DNA of 26,559 nt from Lama guanicoe (GCA_013239625.1 MU053520.1:186001-212559); one strand, 5' to 3'. Positions 11,000 through 22,160 are shown, numbered from the stretch's first letter. Notes: a model not told the origin generated them from the sequence alone. Numbers and translations are program-made.

Positions 11000-12090
11000 T
11001 TAAAAATGATGGAGCATAAACAAGAAATTAGGACATTGTAATTCAGGACAATCAGTGATTTAGAAGCTATAACAACAAAATTGCTCAATATTCAGCATAG
11101 AGAAATTAAACATTAGAAAACCAAAAAATTAATAAAAAGGTAGAGAAAAGAATATCTTCCAACATATATATAAAAGAAATTACCAAAAGAGAGAGTAACA
11201 AGATTACAGTATAGTCTAAAATTGATGAATAAATCCATAAGAAAGAGTAAAAAGCTGTGTTAATGTCAGAAGATTGTTCAAGATTAAGAGTATTATCAGA
11301 AATAAAGAAGTCCCCTTCAACTTGATAAGTAGATCTATTCATTAAGATATAACAATCCAAAATGTGTATGCACCTAATAACAAAGTTTGAAATGCATGAA
11401 GCATAAACTGATAGAACTAAAGAGATTAAAAACACAAGTTCACAAACATTTGAAGATATCTCTCAGTAATTGCTAGAATATGTAGAGAAAAAGGATACAG
11501 AAAATAAACAAAACTAGCAACAAAATTAATCTATAAAACGATTTTATAAAGCAGTTTACTTCAAAACCGTAGATTTTTTCTTCTAATCTATGTGGAACAT
11601 TTATCATAAAAGACCATATGCTGGAAATGTCTCAAAAAATGTAAAAGCATTGTAATAATTCAAAATGTTTTCTCAGACAACAAGGGGATTAACAGAGAAC
11701 AATGAGAAAATATATTGTCCAAATCTCTATTTGCAAATTAAGTAACACACATGTCAATAATCACAGGCCAATGAACCCCAAAGAAAATTAGAAAACATTT
11801 CAAACTGATTAATGTCAAAGTACAATATATTAATATCTGTTGGAGAGAAACTTAGAGAGAAATTTATAGCTTTAAATGCCTATGTTAGAAAAGATGTTTC
11901 CATATTGTTAAAAAAAAAGCAAAAAACAAACAAACAAAAACAGTAAAAGAAGAGCAAATTAAATACAAGGTAAGTAAAGTTCAAGAAAAACTAACAAAAT
12001 AAATCAAAATAGAAACATCACACAATTAGATTTTGCAGAAACCATAAACTGTCCTTTAAAAGGATCAATAAAATTGATAAAACTCTAGGT
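11000..12090 (+). mobile_element. Ancient L1 (L1ME-like) ORF1 remnant and ORF2 endonuclease region
   Basis: gatataacaatccaaaatgtgtatgcacctaataac (ITIxNVYAPN), ggaacatttatcataaaagaccatatgctgg, ttctcagacaacaagggg, aaatttatagctttaaatgcctatgttagaaaaga, gatcaataaaattgataaaactctag. Confidence 0.85.
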
Positions 12091-12097
12091 GCCTAAT

Positions 12098-12300
12098 GTT
12101 ATTACTATGCTGTATAAAAATTACCCTACAATTTAGGAAAGTGAGGTGGTCATTTATTATTCTACTGATTCTGTGAGTAAGGAATCTGGACCTTGGACAT
12201 TGGGGAATACTTAGTATTGGGACAGTTTAAAAGTTGGGAGTGGGATCATCTGAAAGAATACTCATCCATGTGTCACTCGTCTATCACTCATGCTAGAAAG
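12098..12300 (-). mobile_element. MaLR LTR fragment (MLT1G/H-like)
   Basis: tatgctgtataaaaattaccctacaatttag...catttattattctactgattctgtgagtaaggaatctgg...gatcatctgaaag...actcatccatgtgtc. Confidence 0.6.
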
Positions 12301-13387
12301 ACCAAAAATTTGGAAATTGAAACAACTCATGCATCTAAATAAAAAAATTAAATCTGAAGTATTAAAGCTCAAAAATCTAGTTTTGGACCATATTCGGTAT
12401 ATGTGACTTCTCTCTTAGAAATTCATGCTATGCTGAATTCTGGGTGACACTAATAGGGAGATAAATCTGAGGGGAAAAATTATAGCCACACAGAAAGTTA
12501 GATAGTTGAATCAGCTGGTGAGGGAAGCTGATAAATGACAACTAGCAGTTATTAACAGCTAAGGTTCAACAAAATTCTAGCAGGAATTAGTTAACAAATA
12601 ATAAATCTGACCCTGACTCCATGAAGAGTTTACAGATAAATTGGTTTTTCTAGAAGGCTTATAAAAGAAGAAAACTTGCATAAAATTCAATTTGTTGCTG
12701 TACATTATAATTACAAAAATACATATATTTTTCTTTTCTTTGGGGAAGCTGATCGCAAAATCTGGCTGAGAGTTTACATTCCTAGCCTGCAACTGTGGTA
12801 AGGAATGAAAACCTGGGACTTGCAAAGGAAATATATTTTATGATTTTATGCAGGAAAGATAGAAAAAATGAGAAAGGGGAAATTTAAGAGAACAAAATAA
12901 AAGTAAAGTGGTAGAAAATGATAAAGATGGTGAAAGCATGAAGACAGAATGGGCAATTCATTATAATTTGGAGAAACTAGGGCCAGTTCTTTAAAATATA
13001 ATATATATGACAACATCAATATACTTGCCTATATGTTTAATTTTGTTCTTTTGTTTAAAAAAATAGGAAAGGCTTACTAACAGATCTTCAGTTTTCTTGA
13101 AAGTATGACATTAAACAAAAGGAAGGGAAAGTTTTATTTTCAAGTTTTTATTCTTCTAATTAATGAGTTTCGCAGAAGTGAAACTGGAATTTGTTCACCT
13201 AATTCTCCAGAATAAATGCACAAATACTGTGTGTGTTTATGCCATCTTAAAATCATTTCAAATAAATGTGATGCCAGACCCCAGAATTATTTATCTGCTA
13301 AGTTAGCTAGCTAATTAACTACATTATAACAAATGTAATATGTTCTTCCTGGAATTGAGGAAGTTTTTGAGAATTGTGTACTTCTAT

Positions 13388-13600
13388 TATTCATTTTTTT
13401 TATTCAAACATTTATTTATTGTACAAATATTCACTTTCTTATTCTGTGCTAAACATTGTTCTAAATATAAGGGACATAATACAAATAAAAATAGGAATAT
13501 TAGTAAAATAATATTTAGCATTACTAAATATTATTTAGTAATAAAATAAATAAAATAAATAAAAATAGAAATTTCTGGTTTATTTGTCTTTTATTCTAGT
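13388..13600 (-). mobile_element. L2 3' end fragment
   Basis: attcatttttttattcaaacatttatt...ctgtgctaaacattgttctaaatataagggacata...ttttattctagt. Confidence 0.6.
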
Positions 13601-14126
13601 ATACCATTAATTTCCACCAAAACTATAAAGAGCTGCTTTTTTTTTAACTGAAGTATAGAGAGTTACAATGTGTCAACTTCTGGTGTACAGTGTAATGTCA
13701 GTCATATGTATATATATGTGCTATACAGAAGAAACTTGTTTTTTATCTATTTTTTAATATAGTAATTAATATTTCTACATCTCAAATTTCCAAATTTATC
13801 CCTTCTCACCCTCATTTCCCTGGTAACCATAAGTTTTTTTACTATACCTTCAAATCTGTTTCTGTTATGTAGATGAGTTCATTAGTGGCTTCTTTATTTG
13901 GATTTTTTTTGATTCCACATATGAGTGTTATCACATGGTATTTTTCTTTCTCTTTCTGGCCCACTTAGAATGAGGATCTCTAGGACCAGGTAATGGCATT
14001 ATTTTATTCTTTTTTATGGCTAAGTAGTATTCCATTGTATAAATATACCGTAACTTCTTTATCCAATCATCTGTTGATGGCCATTTAGGTTGCTTCCATA
14101 TTATGGCTAATGTAAACAGTGCTGCT

Positions 14127-14599
14127 TCTGTCTGGAATATCCGTCTGATAATGTTAATGGGGTGTTAAAGTCTCCTACTATTATTGTGTTCCTATCAATT
14201 TCTCTCTTTATGTCTGTTAACATTTGCATTACATATTTAGGTACTCCTATTTTGGGTACATATATGTTAATGAGTATAATATCCTCATCTTGTATTGCTC
14301 CTTTAATCATTGTATAGTGTCCTTCTTTATCTTTCCTTATGGCCTTTGTTTTAAAGTTTATTTTGTCTGATATGAATATTGCTACTCCAGCTTTCTTGTC
14401 ATTTCCATTTGTATGAAATATCTTTTCCCATTCTCTCACTTTTAATCTATGTGTGTCCTTCACCCTAAAGTAGGTCTCTTGTAGGAAGCATATTGTAGGC
14501 TCTTGTTTTATTATCCAATTTGCCACTCTGTCTTTTGATTGAAACATTTAGTCCATTGACATTTATGGTAATTATTGATAGATGTATGTTCATTACCAT
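14127..14599 (-). pseudogene. L1 ORF2 APE-type endonuclease N-terminal remnant
   Basis: MVMNIHLSIITINVNGLN, then a frameshift into ORF 14107-14547 with ICFLQETY, KKAGVAIFISDK, INIYVP and IIVGDFNTPL motifs; homology stops abruptly at the deletion junction. Confidence 0.95.
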
Positions 14600-14653
14600 T
14601 TTGAACTAAGTTTTCCACTTGTTTTGGTATTTCCTCTTCGTTCTTTTCATTTT

Positions 14654-14669
14654 TGTGTGTGTGTGTGTG
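14654..14669. repeat. (TG)n microsatellite in the L1 inter-ORF region
   Basis: tgtgtgtgtgtgtgtg read directly. Confidence 0.85.
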
Positions 14670-14990
14670 GTTTGATAATTTCCTTTTGTATTGTCTTAGT
14701 TTCTTTTCATTTTTTGTGACTCTAATGTATGCTTTTGATTTGTGATTACTGTGTTTTTCAAGTATATTGACCCATTATTATATCTGTTTGCTTTGAACTG
14801 ATATAAGCTCAAACACATGCTAAAAAGAACAAAGAAAAAAAAGTCTGTAGTTTCCTGCTTCCCTCTCATACCTTTAATGATTTTGATGTCCTCTTTTATA
14901 GCTTCATGTTTATTCTCTTGCAACTCATTGTAGTTATCACAGTTCCAGCTATGGTTTTCTCCTTTCTATAGCTTTCTGCTTCTTTTATAT

Positions 14991-15865
14991 CTAGAGTAGA
15001 ACTTTCAATATTTGTTTTAGCATAGGTTTAATATTGTTGAATTCTTTTAGTTTTTCTTGTCTGTGAAATTCTTTATCTCTCCTTCCATTCTAAAGATAGC
15101 ATTGCTGGATAAAGTATCCTAGGTTGCAGCTTTTCTTATTGAGAATTTGAATATACATTGTCACTCCCTCTGGCCAGCAGTGTTTGTGTTGAGAAATCAG
15201 CTGAAAGCCTTATGGGGGTTTCCTTGCAACTCACTCTTTGTTTTTCTCTTGCTGCATTTGGAATCCTTTCTTTATCTTTAACTTTGGCCATCTGAATTAT
15301 AATATGTCTTAGTGTAGGACTGTTTGGGTTCTTCTTGTCTGGGATCCTCTGTGCTTCCTGTACTTGGTTATCTGATTCCTTCTTTATGTTTGGAGTTTCT
15401 CACCATGATTTCTTCAAATAACTTTTCAATCTCATTTGCTCTTTCTTCTTATGGGACCCCTGTTATGCATAGATTGGCAAGCTTTATATTATCCCATAGG
15501 TCCCATATATTACTTTCATTTGTTTTCACTTGCTTTTCTGTCTGCCATTCTGATTGGGTGATTTCTTTTATTCTGTCTTCTATGTCACTTATTTGTCTCT
15601 CTGCATTATCTAATCTTCTTTTGACTGCCTTTAGCTTGAGTCATCTCAGCAATTGAGTTTTCTGTTTTTAATTGTCTCTTCTTTATATTTCCTATTTCCT
15701 TTTTATAGTATTCTCTATCTTCATAGTCTGTCTTTTTTCCTTCGGTGCTTTTATCACCCCCATCTTGAAGTCATGATCTAGTAGATGGTCAAAATTTATT
15801 TCCTTGATCACTCTTTCAGGGGCTTTCTCTTGTTCTTTTAATTGGGAATGATTCCTCTTTTTCAT
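14991..15865 (-). pseudogene. L1 ORF1 (RNA-binding/chaperone) remnant with stops and frameshifts
   Basis: Minus strand ATG AAA AAG AGG AAT CAT TCC CAA; segments encode DLWDNIK, QEAQRIP, RHIIIQMAKVKDKERI, PIRLSADFS and LQPRILYPA, all typical ORF1 motifs. Confidence 0.9.
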
Positions 15866-17345
15866 TTTTCTTATATCTCTTTGGCTCTATGGGTGAAGGA
15901 ATATCAGTTATCTATTTGATCCTAAAGAGCTTTTTTTTTTTAAGTGAAGCATTCTTGTGTAGACTGTGTGCATCTAATAATTTTTTCACAAGGTCTGTTT
16001 TTAGTAGGGCTGGTTGCCATGTCTTTCTTCTGTGTAAGTTGGCTGTTACCTCTTTGAATGGAGGTGTGGTTGGTGGTGTAGTTATCAGAGCCTGCCCTTG
16101 TCATTCAACAGTGCCTCATTTTTGTTCTGTGTTTATTACAGCCCTGACAGGGGCTATGTCTGCTCTCCTTTTGTTGGAATGGAGGCTTCCAGATCCTTTT
16201 CTGAGCTGCAGTTGTATGGTAGGTGGGGTTCAAGTGCTTCATGTACTCTTTTTGACACTTCCCTTTTCCTCACTTTAGCCTCGAGAATGTCAGCACTCTG
16301 GTGTCCCCAAAGTTCTGCACCTGCAGAGTCACCAGTGCAGAACTGCTGAACTCAGGCAATAAGACCTGCCACGGGAATCATGCTCTCATACAACTGGATG
16401 TGCAGTAGATTACTGGGTCAGTGCCATTCCCAGTGTGACGTTTGAGGAAGGTAAGCAGGTCCACTAAAAATGCTGCACCTATCCCTGCTGTGTGCCAGAT
16501 CTCTTCTCCATGTTAGCTTGTCCTAGAGGTACAGGTCCACAAAGGTAGTGATAGAGTAAATTGTTCCCCTCTTCCTGGGGCTGTAAAACAAATCTCAGCC
16601 CTGCCTATGAAGTTGCAAGGTATAGATTCAGCTTTCAACCCTTCCTCCACCAGGGAGTCACACACCAATGATTATAATGGCTATGACTGAGCCCCACTTC
16701 GCCTCTTGGGAGAATGCATCAACAGTGGTGGCTTGGACCTGTGCAGACAGCAGCAGCTATGGCCTGGCTGTGCTGTGCCCCACCCACCACATGAACCAGT
16801 AGTGTTGCTTTTTTCTTTTATGGGGGTCCCAAGCTGTTCTATTCTGTATATGCTCCCAGCCACAACCCACAGCACACTCTGGCCCCTTGAGGCTGCCTCT
16901 GTACAGTTGGCCCCAGCTCTCTCCCAGGGCTCCAGCAGCCAGTCTCAGCTCACCCACTTCCAGCTCATGTCTAGGCCTGGGTATTGATCACAGGGACCTT
17001 TTGGCTGGTTTCTCTCAGTTCAGTCAGCCAAGCAGCTTCTGTGCACTCCTCCAAGCCTTGGAAGTTCCCCCTTAGTCCCTGCTGACCTCTCTGTTGGAAA
17101 GGGGCCATCCCAGAGTATTAGCATTTCTCCTCCTTTGCTGCTTCCTCCCTGCAGGACAGGTCCTACACTAATTTCTTTTCTTTTCTTTTTTTTTCCTACC
17201 AGCTTTAAGAGGAATCTTCTTGTGTTTTGAAGTAAGAGATAGTCTGCCAAAGTTCAGCAGGTGTTCTGAGCAAATTGGTGTGTTCATAGATGTTTCTCTT
17301 GGTGTATTCATGGGACAGGGTGAGCTAAGAGCATCTTTCTACTCT

Positions 17346-17354
17346 GCCATCTTG
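17346..17354 (-). promoter_or_regulatory. YY1 motif at the L1 5' end (CAAGATGGC)
   Basis: gccatcttg on +, about 12 nt inside the L1 5' terminus, the known position of the L1 YY1 site. Confidence 0.75.
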
Positions 17355-18644
17355 GCACTCCCCAGCAGCTGCTTTTGTTTTAGGGTTTGCAAAACATATC
17401 GAAGGTAACACTCCTTACAATAAGATCTTAAAATATAGAATATCAACTAGCTAAATTACTCCCTCCCATTTAGAATCTCTGCTTCTCTCCAATCAGGAAT
17501 TCATTTAACAACTTCTGTTGGTTTCCAAATTATTATCCAAATAATTCCAAATTATTTCTTATATTTCCTGCTGGGATAAGCATGTGTTCTCTATTGGGAA
17601 GTTGGTCAGCAATTATCAAGTACTTGGAGCATTCAAGGATTTTTGTTTTATGTTATAACAATTTATCAATTTTAAAAGTAATTGTGATTTCTTTTCTTTT
17701 TTGGATGCAGCACTTTGTTGTTTTCAAAAGCCACTGGACTCTGGATAATTTTCAGCAAGAGATGGGCTTGCTAGATTTTATAAATTGGTACTGTTGAACC
17801 TCCAAAATTTTAACAGAGAAAAGAAAAACAGGTAATCACCTAATACATGTAATGTTTCAGAGCAATGTTTCTGTATTTCAAAGGAAAACCTTCAATCTGA
17901 AATTTCCCATGGGAATAAGGTGAGTTGAACTGCCAGTTCAGCAGGTAAGGATTTTTCTTCTTTCCCTTCTGGCTCTAGAAAGAACATTATTATCAGATTA
18001 CTGAAGAAATGATTTTTATTTTAAAAACATTTTCTTATCCTTCTAGGAGGATAGAGGCAAGCCTCTGAGGGAAAGTTAATTTATCTATATTAGAAAATTT
18101 ATCAGATTTTTCCTGTTCATTTCATTGAAACGCCCTTTGAGGGATGGGATAAATTTCACCACATCTTTGTATAATCATTATCCTAGCACACTAATAGAAA
18201 AGTCCTGAATGGATTTAAATGTTAGTCTACTCATCAGTTTTATACCCAGTAGTTGAAACCTCACACTTCAGCTTTTTCTCATAATGCTTTGGCAGAGATT
18301 TATGAAGGAAGCATTTAAATTAAATTTTAATATCTACATAAAAATATTTTTATCCTGTCACTTATATGGTGGCCTTTTTTTTCTTACCCACATTTTTTTT
18401 CCTCAGCTTATTTTCATGAACCATAAATTTTGAGCCAAACTTAGTCCAGTAACATAAATAACATTCGTATCCAACCATAACTTATGGTTACAATTCAACC
18501 ACAACCAAAGGAGTTGTCCCCAGTTCTCTCTTTTCACAATAAATTTATTGTCATTAAATATAATGTGATCTACTGTTAAGCTATTTCTTACCCCCCATAC
18601 AAATTGAATTAATTAACCTAAAACTAATTTTAACTTCAGCACTA

Positions 18645-18766
18645 TTTAAAATTTCATATTATTTTATTGATAGTAGTGGCTATAACTGATAACATACAAA
18701 ATTACTGAAAATTTAGAAATCAACTCTTCCCATGAAACAGTATAAGCCAGCTCCAGTATACCACTG
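18645..18766 (-). mobile_element. MER63B/D-like hAT-Blackjack terminal fragment
   Basis: caaaattactgaaaatttagaaatcaactc...agtataagccagctccagtataccactg matches the reverse of the MER63 end CAGTGGTGTGCTGGAGCCGGCT. Confidence 0.7.
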
Positions 18767-19465
18767 TAAGCATTAAATAAACAATAGGATAAAGAGATGT
18801 AGGATTTTTACTATTATATGACAAATAATTAGTTTTTTTCAGTAATTACAGAATAAGGAATTATATGATTTTTATATTTCTAGAGTAAAAGAAAATGTGT
18901 TCCAAGAAATAAATAAGGTATCCAGCATTCTTTATAATATACCTAATAATTTTTATAATTCTAAGACTCTAAGTATCATTGTTATTAGCTCCATTTTATG
19001 ACAAATGTTTATTTAAAATTCAAATAACACAGAAATACAAAGGTTAAATCTGAAAGATCCCCATCAAACTTTCTTCTCCCATATCTTTCCTGATAAATAA
19101 CAATTTATCCTTTCACATTTCTCTCTTTCCTCCTTCCTGTTTCTTTCTTTCCTATACTTTTAAAAAATTTAAAATAATTGTTTAGCTTTCATACTATAGG
19201 TATAATTTAAATTCATGTGGCCATTTATTTATTTATTCAGCTTCACTATTACGAAGCTGCAAAAACTTCTTCATTGTGTTTATATATCTATAGATATAGC
19301 CTCTGATATCTTGGGTTTTCTGCAAAAAATCCCCATGTGTAGATAACTTGATGATGAATTGGCCCATCAAATTCTATTTTTTTTTTATAATTTTCAATCT
19401 TACAACAAAGCATGTAGAAAATGTGTCACCAAGCATGTGTAAGTGAGTCCATTTGCCTACACGTG

Positions 19466-19652
19466 TAGTATGATGGCACAAGATCATACCAGCTTGGGAG
19501 AGCTTATTCTGCATCTCTCCCCAACTCTGTGCACAGAAATGTCACATTTAGCTTTACTTATGCCATATTGAAACATCTGCATCATGGAAATTGACAGGCT
19601 CTAAAATGGGGATTTCTATTCCTCAGAGAGTCTGTTTACCAGTGCACCCCTG
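19466..19652 (+). mobile_element. MER63A-like hAT MITE
   Basis: cataccagcttgggagagcttattctgcatctctccccaactctgtg...catggaaattgacag...cagagagtctgtttaccagtgcacccctg follows the recalled MER63A consensus nearly end to end. Confidence 0.75.
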
Positions 19653-20152
19653 CTGGTACTCTCACTAATATTAGTTATTGTCCTTTAAATGTTGACTGTG
19701 CATTGTATATAAATACTATCTGCCTATTTCTTCCATTAAACTATTTGCACTTTTATTATGGTTTATCATTATTAACCTTGTTCATTCCTAAGGAAAGTAA
19801 GTTCTAGAAAGAGAGATTAATTTAGAATATATTAAAACAACCTATGTAATAGGTGCAAAATAAATAGTAACTAATTTGAAAAGTGAAACCAAGTTGATTT
19901 ATGGAGCTATGTGCTCCATAGACAGAGTGCAGGCCATCTCAGAAGGCAAGAGAGGTGGTCAAATATTAATTTATTATCCCTCTCCCCCCATTCCTTTCTT
20001 GTCCAAGGGACATAGGGAGTTTGTGATCAAGAAAATAGCAGAAATCAACCCTCATGTAATTAGAGTCCCAATTAATATACTTCTCTTTACTTGTGAAAGT
20101 AAATAAAGAACCTATAAATTAGATGAGGTTATACATTTAATTTGGAGCTCCC

Positions 20153-20314
20153 CCCAAAAAAATCTGAGATCTTTCTCATGTACTTTGGTGATGAGGGACT
20201 CTGGTATAAACAGCTATCCCAAAAAAATCTGTAAAAGATTATCCAGTGGTCACTGTCTCAAAAGAGATCTTTCTCATGTACTTTGGTGATGAGGGACTCT
20301 GGTATAAACAGCTA
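20153..20314. repeat. Interleaved perfect direct repeats: 14 bp (20153-20166/20218-20231) and 51 bp (20166-20216/20264-20314)
   Basis: Read directly; both pairs are 100% identical. Confidence 0.97.
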
Positions 20315-20789
20315 GGTTTCACCATCATCAGGGACATTTGGCATCATAGAGAGCAAGTATCTAAATGGCTAATTTTACTTTCTCACCATTACCTAGATAT
20401 GGTGTCTTATGTAAATGTTACCCAATTTCAGATGAAATTTTTATCTGTCTTCTCTTTTGCACATCACTAGTCCAGGTGGATTTCATTCCCTAATTTTATT
20501 GAGAAGTCATTGATGTTGAATGGAGGGCATCTAACTTTTACTGAATTATTTTCTTAAATCCAAAAGTAACAGAAAGGCCCAGGTCTCAATTTTTCTTTAT
20601 ATTCTTAAAGTTTGGCACTTTTCTCTCTTTCTGCCTCTGAAATTATACTTTCTCCTACAAGAATGATAGCTTGTTTTAACTGGGCAGTTGAGAATTTCTC
20701 ATGATGCATTAAGGTCTTACAGTTTGTGTCTTAGCAGTTTTTGACTAGGCTATTTGGTATATATTTGGAAATAAACAGGAAACATGGTT

Positions 20790-20990
20790 TAACAAATTCT
20801 CCCCTCCCTTCCCTTTCTTTTATTGCTTCCTCTCCCACCTATTCAGAGAAAAGTTGTTTAAAGAATCTGGCAGAGCTATCTATATTGTCTCCAGACCACT
20901 ATTCTTTCCTCCCTACATTTACATACTCAGAGTGAAATTATTTTCACTATTATTTATTCTGAAGACCCCCAGACTTTCTCCATGAAACAT
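20790..20990 (+). mobile_element. Degraded L2 internal fragment
   Basis: gaaaagttgtttaaagaatc...ctatctatattgtctccagaccactattctttcctc weakly resembles L2 ORF2 region. Confidence 0.4.
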
Positions 20991-21106
20991 TCATTTAAAT
21001 ACAGTATGTCATCATGAACTCACTCCTGGTCATTTCTATTTAGATGTTATTTAATTACATTATATTCAATATGTTCATATTCAGGCTTAACACTTTACCA
21101 TTAAAA

Positions 21107-21471
21107 ATTATCTAAATGTTTGTGTTCTCACAAAATGCGTATGTTGAAATCCTAACTCCCAAAGATGATGGCATTAGGGAGTTAGGGTTGTAGGGGACTC
21201 TGGGATGTGGGTCATGAGAGTAGAGCCCTCATGAATGGGATTAGTATTCCTATAAAACAGCTTCCAGGTGCATCACTTTTCCTTTTACCATGTATGAACA
21301 CAGAAAACAAGTTACCAGCTATGAACCAGGAAGAGAACCTTCACCATAATCTGATCATGCCAGAGCCTTGATCTTGGACTTCCCACCTACCAGAACTGTG
21401 AGAAATAAATCTGTTGTTTTAGCCACCCAGGATGTGGTATTTCGTTACAGCAACCCATACAGAATGAGACA
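21107..21471 (+). mobile_element. MaLR solo LTR (MLT1A/MLT1A0-like)
   Basis: aatgtttgtgttctcacaaaatgcgtatgttgaaatcctaactccc...gagccctcatgaatgggattagt...ccttgatcttggacttccca...ccagaactgtgagaaataaat...gttacagcaaccc...gagaca. Confidence 0.92.
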
Positions 21472-21525
21472 TCCTCTTAATTTTATCAACTGAATTAATA
21501 TTACCGCTTTTTCTCAGTTACCATT

Positions 21526-21776
21526 ATAGCATAGTGTTGATGAGCTCAAATTCTATGCCAGAGAGGCATCAATATTGTGTAGTGTTATTTGTACTTTTAC
21601 TAGCTGTCATTATCTTGGTAAATTATTTTACCTCTTGAAGCCCACTTCTACACATGAAAAGTATAGGGATTTTGATGTTTAAATCAGATAATAAGATGTT
21701 AGACACAGAATGCTTAGCAGATACTCTGCTTAACATAGTTCAAGAAAGTATGCTCAATAAATGTTAGTGACTATTC
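21526..21776 (+). mobile_element. MIR SINE
   Basis: atagcatagtgttgatgagc...ttactagctgtcattatcttggtaaattattttacctct...atgctcaataaatgttag. Confidence 0.8.
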
Positions 21777-21989
21777 TTAAAATATTAGGTTCAAAATGTA
21801 AATCCCTTTTCTCTTGACTTCATAGTCCTTGGTCTTTCAACTATGTATATGCTACGGCTGTTTACCCTGACTACTATATATTTCCATTCACATTCATAAA
21901 TTTTCCAATGAAAATTAAAATAAACCAAGGAATTCTTTAGTTCAAGGTCTAATTTCAAATGCTTATATAGCCAGGCAAGTGACATAATA

Positions 21990-22160
21990 GACCTAAGTAG
22001 ATTGGCTGGAGAGAAAGAGAGAGAGAGAGAGAGAACATGTTAATGAAATAAAATGCTAATATTGTGAATCTATTGAAGTCATGTTACAAGTGTTTATTTT
22101 ACAGTTCTTTCAACTATTCTGTATGTTTAAATATTTACAAGGCAAAAACTTGAGAGGAAA
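21990..22160 (+). mobile_element. L1MC/L1ME-like 3' terminus containing (GA)n
   Basis: gagagagagaacatg...aaaatgctaatattgtgaatct...ttctttcaactattctgtatgtttaaatattt. Confidence 0.65.

Larger units (their letters stand above)
13646..17366 (-). mobile_element. L1 with 5' UTR, ORF1, ORF2 start and 3' UTR but a large internal ORF2 deletion; flanked by TSD; camelid-like
   Basis: 5' end gctggggagtgccaagatggc on minus; TSD agctgctttt at 13631-13640 and 17367-17376; ORF1 and EN homology; 3' UTR gttacaatgtgtcaacttctggtgtacag...gtgctatacagaagaaa resembles recalled camelid L1. Confidence 0.95.

Noticed and set aside
11106..11435. 109-aa hydrophobic minus-strand ORF
   Set aside because: It is antisense to an A-rich ancient L1 fragment.
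14107..14547. 146-aa ORF as a functional or domesticated endonuclease gene
   Set aside because: It is frameshifted from the true ORF2 start, lacks the C-terminal catalytic part of the EN domain, and ends in out-of-frame residues after the deletion junction.
15324..15656. 110-aa Ser/Leu-rich ORF
   Set aside because: It is the antisense of L1 ORF1.
15889..17408. Several + strand ORFs (129, 83, 93, 62 aa) antisense to the L1 5' UTR as ORF0-like genes
   Set aside because: Most start at non-ATG codons, none has a recognisable motif, and such lengths are expected by chance in GC-richer UTR DNA.
19000..19460. Possible very old minus-strand L1ME fragment around the MER63A
   Set aside because: Similarity is too weak to support by eye.
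20153..20314. Repeat-spacer-repeat pattern as CRISPR-like
   Set aside because: Only two copies, mammalian context and no cas genes; it is a local duplication.
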